Assembly (NCBI GenBank): GCA_965637545.1
Contig: OZ281494.1
Span: forward strand, 5,704,001-5,768,000
DNA from: Phallusia mammillata
Taxonomy: Eukaryota
DNA: 64,000 nucleotides
Direction: 5' to 3'
The notes beneath the pieces were generated by a model. It saw nothing but the letters and a program-made list of their open reading frames with translations. It searched no databases and was not told the origin of the DNA. Position 1 is the first letter of the stretch; each line of letters starts with the position of its first letter. Positions 48,418 to 61,437 of this stretch are shown one piece after another. A program made the translations under genes and the position numbers.

Positions 48418-50168
48418 CAGACGAATCCGGTTAATCGCATACCGGTTAATCGCATAATCCGTTTAATTGCATCACAATTAAAAATCCCAAACCGTCGCCC
48501 ATCGTTTGTTAAGAAAATTGTCCGGTTAATCGCATACCGGTTTATCACATAAACCGGATATTCGCATCGTTTTTTAACGAAATATGCGATTAACCGGATT
48601 GATGATCTCTATGTGAAAGTCGAACAGACCGAGTTTTTCGAATAAAAAACGACGATATGATAGTAAAATCCTCCGGAGGTAATGTACACGAAGAGACGTG
48701 GATGCATGGTTGCATTCTACACCAAATAACGCATCTAATTTCAACGTTCAAAATGACACGTCTCGACTATAGAATATTTTGGAAAAGTCATTAGGAGATT
48801 AAAACAACGTTCAGTGCACCGCTGTGCGATAACAAGGAGTCGTTGTCTCAAAGCCGTGCACATTGATCCTTTTTTTTTATTGGCTTATCTAATCGCCAAT
48901 AGTGATATAACAGGCGTTTAAAATTTAAATGAAGAGTTCAACGTGTCAAAATTACGAAACTGGTGTTCCGGCAAAGACGCTGATTGTAATTTCTTACTAA
49001 GTAAGAACTGCACCAAATTCGAAGTGTTAAACTATATTGACATTTGAACAATATTAAATGTAAAACAAATGTTTAAAAATGTTTTCTGTTATATTGTTCA
49101 TGACCCGCCAAACACATAATGGTTGTAAAAAATATTAGATCGCAAGTAATCACACGATGTTGTTTAGATTCACGTAATTGATAACGTGCCAACGACTGAC
49201 ATATTTTATGTCTTCTATTCGTGACCTTGCGCAACTTATCAGGAAGAACGCCGATTAAAAAGGCATTTATTCCTCTAGTACTTGTTGCTGCTTTAAATTT
49301 TTGAAGGAACGATCACACGTTGATCACGTGACAGTCACGCTAGTCTTGCAGCTGTAGTTTTGCTGAGTAAGCTAGAAAGTAGCGCCACAATCTGAGTCTT
49401 TAAAGTATTGCTAAAATCAATTATTCTTTTTGTCAATTGTATAACGGGTTATAATAGAAACTGATGATGCAGCTCGCCTTGTGCCAAAGTTGTAAGTTTG
49501 ACTAGGTTTCGGTCGTGTCCCGGTTTGGGCTTGCTTACAAATATGCACCTAGCACTTTGCCGCTTAACACGTTGGTTTGAACTAGAAAATGAAATAGGTT
49601 AGAGACAACAGGCAATTTTACGTGTATATAAAGTAAGACGCCTGGCACATTTATAAGGGAAACTACCCAAAACAAGACTAAAACGTCATAAACCGTCTTC
49701 ATAGGGAAGTTCCCAAATTTAACTTTTGGGCCCCTTGGCTTCGATGCGATGTAACATATCTTTTCAAATAAACCTTACTGCAAGAGAAAGCACAATCGAG
49801 AGAACTGTGTCGTGCGCACGAACTAAGAGTGTGTGTGCGTGCGTTTTTATTGTTTCTTCAACACACTTAGGCGATTGCACCATAGCCACGACAGTTAGGA
49901 AGCATGACGTCATGCATTGCGCTAAGAGTAATAAATCTAGTTTTGACTTGAGAGTACTTTTTTCGATTCTCGGCAACAAAAGAGAGAAAATACTGTCCCG
50001 TTGCCATAGTTGAGCGTCACTGCAACTTTGTTTTAGCTGGGCAAGTGAAAATGAGCACTTTCGTTAACGGCGTGTACTGTTTACATAGCAACCGGATTAT
50101 CGCATCATCCGGTTAATCGCATCAAATACCCGTGGCAAATCGATGATGCGATTAACCGGATTCGTCTG
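48418..50168. mobile_element. Tc1/mariner (pogo/Tigger-like) non-autonomous element, 1751 bp
   Basis: Perfect 23-bp TIR CAGACGAATCCGGTTAATCGCAT (48418-48440 and 50146-50168), flanked by TA on both sides. Subterminal CCGGTTAATCGCAT repeats. No transposase recognised. Confidence 0.9.
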
Positions 50169-50474
50169 TATATTTTTAGTGCTACAATGCACATAAATTA
50201 TATATCAAATATTTTGTTGTTGTCATCTATGAAATTATGGCAATAAACTGTAAAAAGAAAGTGTATGAGGTAGGGAAATAGTCAAAAAATCGCGACATCA
50301 AATTTGACAATACTTTAAACCCCATCAACCGTGTTTGTAGTAGACCAGGTTTGTGGAAATCTGGTCCAAATCCCACACTGTGCAAGTATGCAGACTTTGT
50401 TTCACGACATGAACCACAAAAAGTAAAAAAATACCATATATGCATATATGCGGTAAACTGTTTTCCCACAGAGC

Positions 50475-51068
50475 TGTAGTGTTCACTAAGGTGTCTCGGT
50501 ACAAGCTATAAACCGAGTCACTGCAAATGTTCGCTGATGAGTCTCAAGGTTATAACCGCGTCACTACAAATTAGAAAGGTATACCACCGTCCTTAACCTC
50601 CCAAGCTTCTGGGCTTGTCAGGACCAAGTCCTGGAAACTCCACACACTTCAGTTCGTTTGTTTATTACTTCTGGAAGGCACAAGAAGTAATAGGTTTAGA
50701 AAGAGCAGAGAAGAGAGCGAAATGAACGAATGCGGTTTTATATATACCCCGGAAAAGGCGTTACATCGTACACATGTGCTCTTGCGATTGGCTCTTGCAC
50801 AATTCCCACACAAAGCAATGTCCAATCACAGCACGAGACAAAACATACGGTTAAAACTCGCAAACACCAGATCACAAAGTCGAATCTACATCCTAATTAA
50901 CTGCGACAGGAAATATTACAAAGTCCGAACACGATTTGTCAATACAGTGGGATTTAGTTGCTATACAATTTTAACTTCCTCGCAGCCTTTGAGAAAGCGA
51001 GTCAAAACCGAGCTATTTTGGTAAACAAATATTGCAAAGTTTGCACAAACTATGTCGCAACCGCTACA
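50475..51068 (-). mobile_element. Solo LTR (594 bp), probably Gypsy-type
   Basis: Termini TGTAGTG...CGCTACA. 4-bp TSD GAGC at 50471-50474 and 51069-51072. On the minus strand: TATATATAAAA (50736-50746) followed by AATAAA (50661-50666). Confidence 0.8.
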
Positions 51069-52724
51069 GAGCCAATCAGAAGGGCAACCTTTATGTAGTG
51101 TCAATGTTGCCTCTCAGGTTTCATAATATAAATGCTATCCCGCAAAAACTTGTTGCACATGGAACCTATCACCTAAGCAACATTTAAGTTGATTAAAGCT
51201 GCTTTTCGATTTGTTCGAAATGACACACGTGACAATTATTGTACACGACGGTTGGTGACGTTACAATTTGCGTAAAGCACTGGTGCAAAAAAATTATGCG
51301 GTGAAATAACTTTTTTTCTGAAAAATGAATGACAAAATTCAAAGGATAATTGGGTACATCGTGTTACTACGTGTGAATTCATCCCAGTTTAAAAAATAGA
51401 CAATTCTTTATAATGTCAAAAATCAATTTAAAACCCGATAACTACTTTGACATTATGTTTCGTTTAAAACCATGAACATTTGCCGAAACGTTTGAACAAT
51501 ACAGCATATCGCTTTTTACGTTTATTCATGTAGTGTCCCTGAATCCGGTTCTGCATCACCTCCGAGTTAATCATGACATCACGAGGGGCGCATTTTCTAA
51601 ATTGTATTTTCTACAAATTTATTTGGAGTCAGTATTACAAGATTACATAAACATGTAAGTAAATGGCACAGTCACAAAGGCCACAAATGCAACGTAACAA
51701 TAAAGATCTACATACCTAATATATCATATAACAAAATAGGTGCTACCTGTTTCTGCGAATGATAAATTAAATTTTGAAAAACATCCACATCATTTCGATT
51801 GAAAATTAAACTGATGAAACTACGCACAAAACATTTCTAAAAGTTGCATTCATATGACTAAAAGAACTAACAATAGATCAAATAGGCGCATAGACCAAGT
51901 GATAGTGTTTTAGGCACTACTTGTGTTTGGAAATTTTGATTTCTGTGAGAACCACGCTATTTCTGGTACATCATGTAAGTTATGATTTAAAAATAGACCT
52001 TATATAAAGTTTGACTAGGGCATGATTACTTTAAGACATGAACCCAAAATAAACTGTAAAGTATAATCACAGTACATAAAAAAAATAAAAATAAAAAAAA
52101 TAAATAAATCGAAGTCAATGCAAATGTAGTCAACAAGTTGGAGACCTTCCTCTTAAACTTTCGATCACTTCTTTTTTAAGGGTTGGGCAACTGTTACGAA
52201 ATTATTTCGGCAGCTTTGGGAATACAGCTAAACGGTCTTTCATATGGCGACGTTAAACTTGAATCGACCCCTTTTGCCTGATCCTATATGTTAAACTAAA
52301 ACTGCCTCCCTAATTCGGAAACTTCCCGAACCCTGCAATAACGGCTCACCACTAAGCCAATGAAAGACCACAAACTGGTTTCACTAATAGGCGCCTTGTT
52401 TAAGTAAAAGCGATAACATACACTGGTGTAAAACAACACGTATTTCCAACTTCGACACGTTGCGCTCAATAATCAGTAAACGCCAGTACAGCACAGAACA
52501 GAAACCAACAAGTGTAACTCACACGGCGCCCAGAGGAAGACTGACCTTCATTATTTTACTCGCAAGTGCGACGCGGCCACGCACGTGGAAGAAACAATCA
52601 CGTGACGACCAAAGGCACATCCGCGTAACGATACAACAATCAACCGTAAATTAGTGGCGGGGAAAGGACGATCATACAAACAGAGAAAAGACAACTATTA
52701 CAATATAAAACAAATAGGTGAATG

Positions 52725-52799
52725 GTGTGTGGTAAAACAAGATATATACAGTGTGTGGTAAAACAAGATATATACAGTGTGTGGTAAAACGAGATATAT
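52725..52799. repeat. 26-bp minisatellite, about 3 copies
   Basis: GTGTGTGGTAAAACAAGATATATACA at 52725, 52751 and 52777. Confidence 0.95.
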
Positions 52800-54146
52800 G
52801 CCGTGAAAATATGATTGGCAAAACAAACCAATTAAACACAACAACAATAACAGAGTTAAGTGCCAGGATATTCAATATGCAACATTTCAAAGAAAACGAT
52901 TATAAGTGCACGTAGGTGTGTGAAAATAAAGGAGTTAAACAGTTTATGATTACAAAAGGCGAAAGTGCTAAAAATTCGTCACACAACCAGCAACAACCGA
53001 TGGTAACGATCTATTGGTCACCGAGTGCAAGGCGAAAAGGTAGAGTCACTGAAATGCCTATTCAGCCAAGGTAATCTATTCTAAGTATCCCATATCCAAT
53101 CAAACTGTCAAAAAGTAGATGTTAATAATTCGGCCTGCATAAAATGATAGCTTTATAGTCTGCATACCGTTAAACCAACCGTGTCCAATATCTATTGTCG
53201 GGGATGAAGATCTATTGCAGGATAAATCTATTGTGGGTAGTTATTTTGTGCACACTCATTACATGCAAAACCACCTTTACACAGCATTGAAACGAAGAGA
53301 ATTTCGCAGACTGCTACCCATTGTATGTGATTTTCTAGTAATTTCAGCTAAAGACGTTGTGACCATTTTGTGCACCATGATGATGACATCACCTTAAATA
53401 TGCAGCTCATACCTGTAACATACGGAAGAACGACAGATCGTGGAAAATATCGGAATCTACATGGTTGTAACATATTATCTGTCTGTCGTTTGGTGTTTTC
53501 AAATGACGTGTGTGTCTCGCAAAGGTGAAAACATCAATTGGAAATAAAATCGTGGAAAACGTTAGGATTTGAGTATTCCTCTGTTGCAACAACAAGTTGT
53601 TGTTGATGTGCAATGTGGTCTCATACCAGGTAAAACGTTTTTATGCGTTGTTTTGACATTTAATTGGATGGTATGTTAGGCAGATACGTTCACATGGGCG
53701 TAGTCAGATCGCTACCGTGATCCTTTAAGGTTGTGGTGCGTTAAGAAGTAATAAGAGACCTTAGCCTAAAATATGTCCGTACAACAAGCAAAAGGGATTT
53801 TCCTTGCCAATGTGTAAAATCGACAGCATAGAAGCAATAAACCTAAGAGAACGTTTTCGCGAAAATTGTCCCGAAAAAATAATCCGTTTTTAACTGGTGA
53901 TTCTATTAGATGTATGTGTTTTCTCGCAGTTTACTGGACAAGTTGTTTAATGGTTACCACCGAAATGTTTTTATTTAATTGTTAAGTTTTACAAAATCTT
54001 GAAATGATTTTAATTGTGGTTTTTTTATGGCTTGTTAGAAAAACTGTACGGGTAAATGCATATTACTACTTAATACGAACACGATGTTTCATTTTTTGAC
54101 AGTTCATTATTAGATTGTTCGTTTAACATTCAGGTTTTGATTCAAG

Positions 54147-57100
54147 ATGTTGTTTGTAAAAATTATCTTGCTTTCGGTTGTAAGGACGGTTTGGTCGCTA
54201 CCTGTTCCAGGTAAGGAAATGCGGCGTTATACCATTTCACGAAATAAACCCAACTTAACTCAACTCAATGCAGTGTGTCAAATCGACTTTCTACACACCA
54301 CTGATTTTTCACTGAGGGTGAATTTACCATCTTAATGTATGTTTTATTTAAGGAAATATTGTGCAAAAATATCTTGGTAATATTGTCAAAACAGAATATT
54401 GCTAAAGTGATTTTATTTTCTTAAAAGTTCCAGCTTTGTATGTAAACGTATAGCTTTGCGTTTTCGTACACCTAAAATAAATTTTAAGTTTTGATCTATT
54501 CTTTATGTGTAATACCATCTTTTTGAGTGTAAATAAATTACATGTAGGCTATAGATATATGACTGCATAGATTTGAGTGGCCGAAATTCTTTTTCAAATT
54601 CGTTATGTTATCATAAACTAAAATACGAAAGGCAGTGCTATAAAGGCACAGTTGATTTAAAATTGGTGCTGCTATGTTTAAAACATTCATGTTGTTCCAC
54701 ATTTTTCGCCAGAAAATTTTACTTTTTCTACAAATTGTTTCTTTCGATATAGGTCAATTTTGTCCAAGATACGCTTGCGACGATTTCGTTGATTGCTTTC
54801 TCGAGGGCGAAACGCAGCTTTCAGCCAATGCTACCGGGACAATCTTGCAATTGTGGAGACAATTCCGACAAGGAACCTGTGTAGGGGCATGGCATTTCGC
54901 CGCAGCAGGCAATGGCGGAGATCTTCGCCCTGGAGAAGCATTCTATTGCCAAAAGCTTCTGCAAACTGCTGAAGTTCAGTTGGAGTTTCTCAAAGCAGGT
55001 AACATGGTTTACGCCTAAACAGTTCAGTTGCATTGCAAAACTATATAAGCACTGTACAGAACTGTATGGTCCGCACCAAAACTCATACAAATTAGCGTCA
55101 CTTTCTTGAACCTTGCTCAAACGATTAGAAGTGCTGTTGTTGTTCTACGTTTTAATAAGACATTTCATTTTTGTCAAAAATAACCGCTAATGAGTTGATA
55201 TTAACCCATAAATTCTCACGATCGTTTTTGTAGAATTTTCATGTATAAACGTATAACAGACAGCAGCATTAATTTGGCATATTTTGCTCAAAATCTCACC
55301 ACCGACTTATGCATTCCAGCAGGAAGCTACCTAACACCATAGCCATTACAATTGCTGCAAGCTTGGTGTTTCATCAAGCAAGAAACAAAATCGACGAGTC
55401 CATCAACTGTTAAACTCACAAGCTTTTATTGGTGTTTGCAGGCGTACCAGTTTTTCCTGACTTCCTCATCATGGTCAAAAAGAATGTTACAGACTTTCTC
55501 GAAGCATCATCGCGTACTCCCCAGGGCTGTTACGCTTTACCGGATCCTTCAATCGCTCTTGGCCCGGCCGCTATTGTCAATCAGAAACAGAATGACATCG
55601 TTTCCTGCTTGGGAAGAAATGCATCGACGCCGTTTCTTGTCTTAAGTAAGTGGACACTGATGTATATTTTTACGTTTCTTTGCATATGTAGCTGATTTTG
55701 CTGCTAAAAAAAGCAATAAACAAAAGTTGCAGCATGATAAACTATGAAACAGTTGATGAGAGTTTTTTTAACTAAACCATATACCAAGAACTATATCTTC
55801 GTTGTTGTCCTGAAATAATAACAATGTTGGTAAAAACCTAATAGTAACAAAAACGTTGCAAAAAAGCAAATGTAAAATCAAGGTGGCTTCCTTTGTAAAC
55901 TATACCACATACTTTTTTCCCAAAAGTTTTAGTTAATTTACAGGCGTCCATTTAATATTTTTACGCCCCGGTTAAATTTATCACTAAATGTTTTTTTAGA
56001 CAAGACTTCTTAACGATTTTTTTTACTTTTTCATGGCCAGTTTATTAACAAGTAGATGTTATTTGCATTTTCACTTTTATTTGAAACTGAATACATTTTT
56101 ATACGAGATTTCGAAACTTCCTTTGATTTTAACAAAAACTTTCTTCACTTTTACCCAAATTCACTTTAGATGTAACTTTAGCACTCCTTGTGCCTTTTCA
56201 ACCGAGGTTTTATTTGACTATTCCACAACAACCCTATGTATTTTCAGACGTGACATTGATGGCTACACTAACAAACCTCCCACTTACGCCCCCTGGATTG
56301 GTGGTCCTCTCAGCAACACCGAGTACCACGCATGTGCAGCAGTGCGAGTTTTCGATGGACTCTGGACCAACAGAGATTGCACAAACATACATGTTGCGTG
56401 TAACTACTCGGGTTCGTGTAATAAGACATTAATAAAAACTAAATTAACACAATATGAAATACCAATGTGAATCAGATTTTGATAAACTCAAAACACTAGA
56501 ACCCTTAGATTAAAACATAACAACCACACAAAGGATATGACACATCTGTTTTATGACACAACGGCTGTAACGTACCACCGCTTTTCCGAAACAGTCAAAC
56601 AATAAGCATTTTACCTAACCTTATGATTTGTTGGCGCATACCTGTCAGCTTGAATTTCGTGTAACAGTTTTAGCAAAACTATGTATATAAAAACACGTGT
56701 TCGGCAGGAATCCATCAAACACATGTCGCAATACGAGCTCAATACGTTTTAGTCAAAATGCATCTAAGCATGCGCAGTGTTATAGTGATAGATATATATT
56801 GATTTTATTTTATTTTTTGATTTTACTTTCACGTATTTTGCAGTGTTGCGTTCTCCGGTGGTTGCGTTGATGCAAGACGCAGTAATAGGTACATCAGGTG
56901 ATCCAAATATCCTCATCGGAATTGAACAACAGCTCCGCATAGTGGCAATAAACGACCCCGACTTCGTGAATCCAGGAGAGATTCTTACCCTCGGAAGCGT
57001 GCAGCTTTCCATTAACACCACGAATGTCGACCCCGAAGATAAAGATAAAGTATTGGAGGCGAGTCTCAACCTCACTAGCGCCTTCGTCACATACCGATTG

Positions 57101-60100
57101 TCCTTGGAACCGATCAAAGAAGAAGAAGACGAAAAAGTGGATACCCCAGTCATGGCTTTTCCCCGCAATGTCACCGATTCAATCAAAAGCGATGCCTCAA
57201 GTGGGGACGGAGAAAGGCTCGTCTCGCCAGGAACCGTCTCCTTCATAACAGTCTCAGGCTACTACGGTAAAAACGGGACTTTGCCAGGGTTCGTCGACAT
57301 CCGAACGAAGCGCCCAGAATCGGCTGGGGCTTGCGAAGATCTCATCTTTGCCACAACGAGAACCGAAGGCAAAAGCTCGCTCAAGCTTCGTCCCGTTTGC
57401 GCCTTTATCAACCAAACCACCAAGCTGTACAGCACTTCCGGCTGCTTGACGTCATACGACATCGAGACGAATGACGTCAACTGTACGTGTAACCACCTGA
57501 CCATGTTTGCGGTTCTATTGGCAGTGAGGAACGTGGTTATCCCAACCGGAGTAACTGTGAGTGTGATTTCTATGAAATAATTTATGATCTCTGTAGCTTA
57601 GCATTTTTGGTAAAAAAGCATTTGTCACTTCTTAAGTTTTGCAGTTTTAAAACAACATAAACATCAGGGTTGAAACATCATCTCTTAATGCAATTTCTCG
57701 TTACAGATGGTGTCTTACACTACTGAATCGTCATCCATAGCTTTTCTTGGCATCACCATTGCTATTCTACTGTGGTTTAAGGACAGTGTAAAGGGCGACC
57801 GAACTCCTGTTCAGATCAACCTGGCTTTTGCACTCCTAATTTTCCACGCGGTCAACTTGTCACATGACCTCGCCATCCTGCATGATGAGTTTTGTGTAGC
57901 TCACTGTGCAATCAACCATTACTTCTTGCTTGCCACAGGTTAGTTTGAGTTACAAATTATCGTTGTTAAAATATCGTATACATTGAAACACGAAACATAA
58001 ACGGAAAAGATTGATGTTTGGTTATAGAAATTCAAACGGCTTCTGCGATTTTTTACAAGCAGTTACGAGTATTTACTTGGCTGCAAATGTTTTTTCAACA
58101 AATACATTAACACACAATTACATTTGTATAAACTCAATTAAATCATCCGTTTTTTACCTGCATCCAGCATGAAGTTGAAAAAAGCTTGTTATTGATCATT
58201 TTATCACAAATTGGCACACAAATCTAAGAAGTACAAAATACGTAAAGTTTCTTGTGATAAGTTACAACCCCACATATTTTTGCCCGATTAAATAGATTCT
58301 ATCTGTTCAAGGATGTTGGCTGTGTGTCGAGGGAGTTCGCATCTTCATGGCAACCTCTGATCCGGTGGGTTTCAAGGTGCAGAACAAACAGAAGAGATAC
58401 AGAGTCTTCCTTGTTGTAGGATGGGCCATCCCTCTCGTCATTGTGGGGTCATCACTTGGTGTAGGAATTCCCCTGGGACTACACATGGAGCCCCAACCTT
58501 TTTTTACCCAGTGCCAACAATATCGCAATGAAACCGTTCTCATACCCAAGTATGAGAAATGCTGGTTGGCTCCTGGTACTCCAATCTTCTACTCCACGGT
58601 AATCGCTCCTCTTGCTGTCATCCTCCTCATCAATCTCTTCATCGTGGTGAAGACTTTAGTGGTGATGCTCAACTCGAAGAGGATGCAGAATCGTAATCAG
58701 GGACACAGCATGAAGGACATCTCGAGAGCTGGAAAGTCCCTCTTCTTCCTCTTCGTAATGTTGGGAGGAACCTGGGCAATCGCTTTCTTTACAGGTAAGA
58801 CTATCAGCAGTTTATGTTAATATCTTTTCCAGTCCATTAGGCATGAAATTTTAAATGTCGTCAAACGTTTGTACAGAATCGATTAGCTTTAAACAACGAC
58901 ACTGTAGCGTTGCTTTGTTGCCACATAAGTAAATATAGGTCTGTATTAACATTAATGAACAAAAGAGAGAACAACTATTGCGTTTTGGGATAAACCTATT
59001 GCACTTTACCGACTGTTTGTAATCCTCAAAAGTACAATCAGCCAACGCTACGAACAACTGCCATAAAAAACAATTTAATCTAGGGTTGGCAAGCCGGTCA
59101 ATTGACCGGCCAAATACGGTCAATTGACCGGTCAATTGACAGCACTTTATTTAACCGGTCAAATACTATTTTTAATTTTAAAAATCAAATGTGGTAAATT
59201 TTCTTGTACTTGCTTTTTGGTTGGTGAAAAGGGTAATTTATTTCTAATAACCCTCAGGTAGAACAGTTTAGGGCATACTGTTGTATTAATAAGTGCTTTT
59301 TAAGCTAATGTAGATGTGTTTTGTTCATTTGAAATAAATCCCATAACAATTAGGGGATACTTTTCATTTGAAATTAAGATCTGATTTACGTTACGGCAAA
59401 GGTTTGCAATGCAATTAGAAAACATGCATCACTTCTAGCACCATTTTATCTTAATAAAAATCGGGTGTGATAGGTCGATGAGGGGAAGTTAGTTCATTAG
59501 AATTTACTTGGGCATTTTCGCAAATGTTGCACATTTTGACTGACAGATAAAAAATCTAAGTAATTTAAAGCATCTGTGTAAACTTGTAGGTCTACAGCCC
59601 TTTTTCTATAGTTGATCCAAAAATTATTTGTAGCTATATATTTAGCTTATAATTTCCCAGAATAGATTTTTGTGGATAAGTTACAGGTCAGTACTTATTG
59701 GGATAAAGTACGTACATATCGAGCTATGAATCCAGTTTACAAATGTGATTACTGAATGAAAATTACAGACAAACAGATGGGGCCATTGATGAAATAAAGC
59801 ATGCAATGCAGTCGGAAAAGTCTGTAATAAAATATAAACTGAACATTTCCTATTTCACAAACAAATTTACATGAGTTGAAACCTTCATTTCCATTACTTA
59901 TGGTTTAGCAGACGATTAAACTTCCAACTTTTAACTAAAATTGCAATTTAATACTGGGAATAGTATTTGACCGATATTTGACCTATTTGACAAGTATTTG
60001 ACCGGTCAATTGACCAGATTTTATTTGACCGGTCAAATGCCCAACCCTAATTTAATCAAACTCTTTTCGCAGGAATCGGAAACGAAATCACCTCCCAGGT

Positions 60101-60413
60101 CTTCCTATACATCAATGCGATTGTTAACGGGGCTCAAGGCGTCATCGTCTTCCTTCTCTATTGCGTCATGAATGACGTCATACGCGAGAAGCTCCTTCTA
60201 TTGTTGAACATAAAGAAAAAGAAGAAGAATTCCTCAAAGGGAAAGATCACCGAGTCTAAACCAATCAAAAGCGTCCCACGACCGAAAAAGACGAGTGAGG
60301 CGAAGGCTAAAGCGAAGGTGCAGGCCAATGTGAAAGCAGCCAACCGCAAAACCTGTTTGATCAGGGAAAACCCATCTTCCGGAATAATTCCACTAACAAC
60401 AGACGAGCAGTGA
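54147..60413 (+). CDS. Adhesion GPCR C: signal - Cys-containing domain - C-type-lectin-like domain - GAIN/GPS - 7TM - basic tail
   Basis: Exons 54147-54210, 54753-54998, 55442-55645/55649, 56248-56411, 56844-57556, 57707-57938, 58312-58794, 60073-60413. GPS CAFI...SGC...CTCNHLTMFAVLL. TM3 HYFLLATGCWLCVEG, TM7 AQGVIVFLLYC. One splice-phase ambiguity at exon 3. Confidence 0.85.
59081..60049. mobile_element. hAT-type non-autonomous element (969 bp) in the last intron of GPCR C
   Basis: TIRs TAGGGTTGGCA and TGCCCAACCCTA. 8-bp TSD ATTTAATC at 59073-59080 and 60050-60057. Subterminal GGTCAATTGACC palindromes. Confidence 0.92.
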
Positions 60414-61437
60414 CGTTAGTAACAATCGTGCAAAACTAGACAAAACACAACATGTACAGAATAAAACAAACACACGTTAGAAATTTAAATATCTTATATT
60501 TTAGACATTAGAATTTAAATATATTGTCTTTAAAATGGCGTCGATATCAGTTTTGTGCATTTTATCACTTTTTTTGTGTTTTTTTGCACGCGTGATGCAC
60601 ACAAATACGGTTAATTTCATGTTTGACATTATAAACAAAATGTATCTATTCTGTAAATCAACACCATTCAACGAGTACTCACTTTATGGCACATTTTGTC
60701 ATTGTATATTGAAAAATGTTATGATATCAGTTTGTTTTATTTTAAAACAGCGCATTTTTACTAGTGTTATCACCAACAGCTGTTGTGTTTATTTTGACAT
60801 TTAAATTCCCCCAAAAAATCCAAAAACACTCTCACCTTTGCAAATTTTTGCACATGTCAATTCTTTATTCGTTTTCCAAAGCTTTGTAGTGTTGATTTTT
60901 AACACAAATATCTTACTGTCTTTGGTCGTTTTTTTTTGTTTTGTTTTTTGAACTACGTTGCTTGACGTTAAAACAATTTTAACATACGTGATTAGGGTAA
61001 GATTTGAACCGGTTTTCTACAAACTTGGTATATTACTGTTGAACTGTCGCACAAATCATTGCCAATGTTTTGTAGCTTGACATATCAATTGATTATTCAT
61101 ATATATTAAAATCTTATATAGCAAATTTAACTTCACTTTATAGCTCAACATGTTTTCTTTCTCCAAGCAGTTTTTGTTGTTTTTGCAGCTTTGTATTTGA
61201 CACATATCACTTTTTACTTTGGTTCTGAATTTAGCTACGTAGTTGCATGTATAAATAATTGTACATTAACGTACTCCATAGCGCCGACTAGCAGAAAAAT
61301 GATGATCAATTTTTGACCAGTTTTGTTCGTAGCGTTTAGCCTTTTATTTTTACACAACCCCTGTTTTCTTCTGTAACTTACTTTTGTCAATAAAAAACTT
61401 GTACAGCTATTGATTTGAAAGCAAAGATACAAAACAG

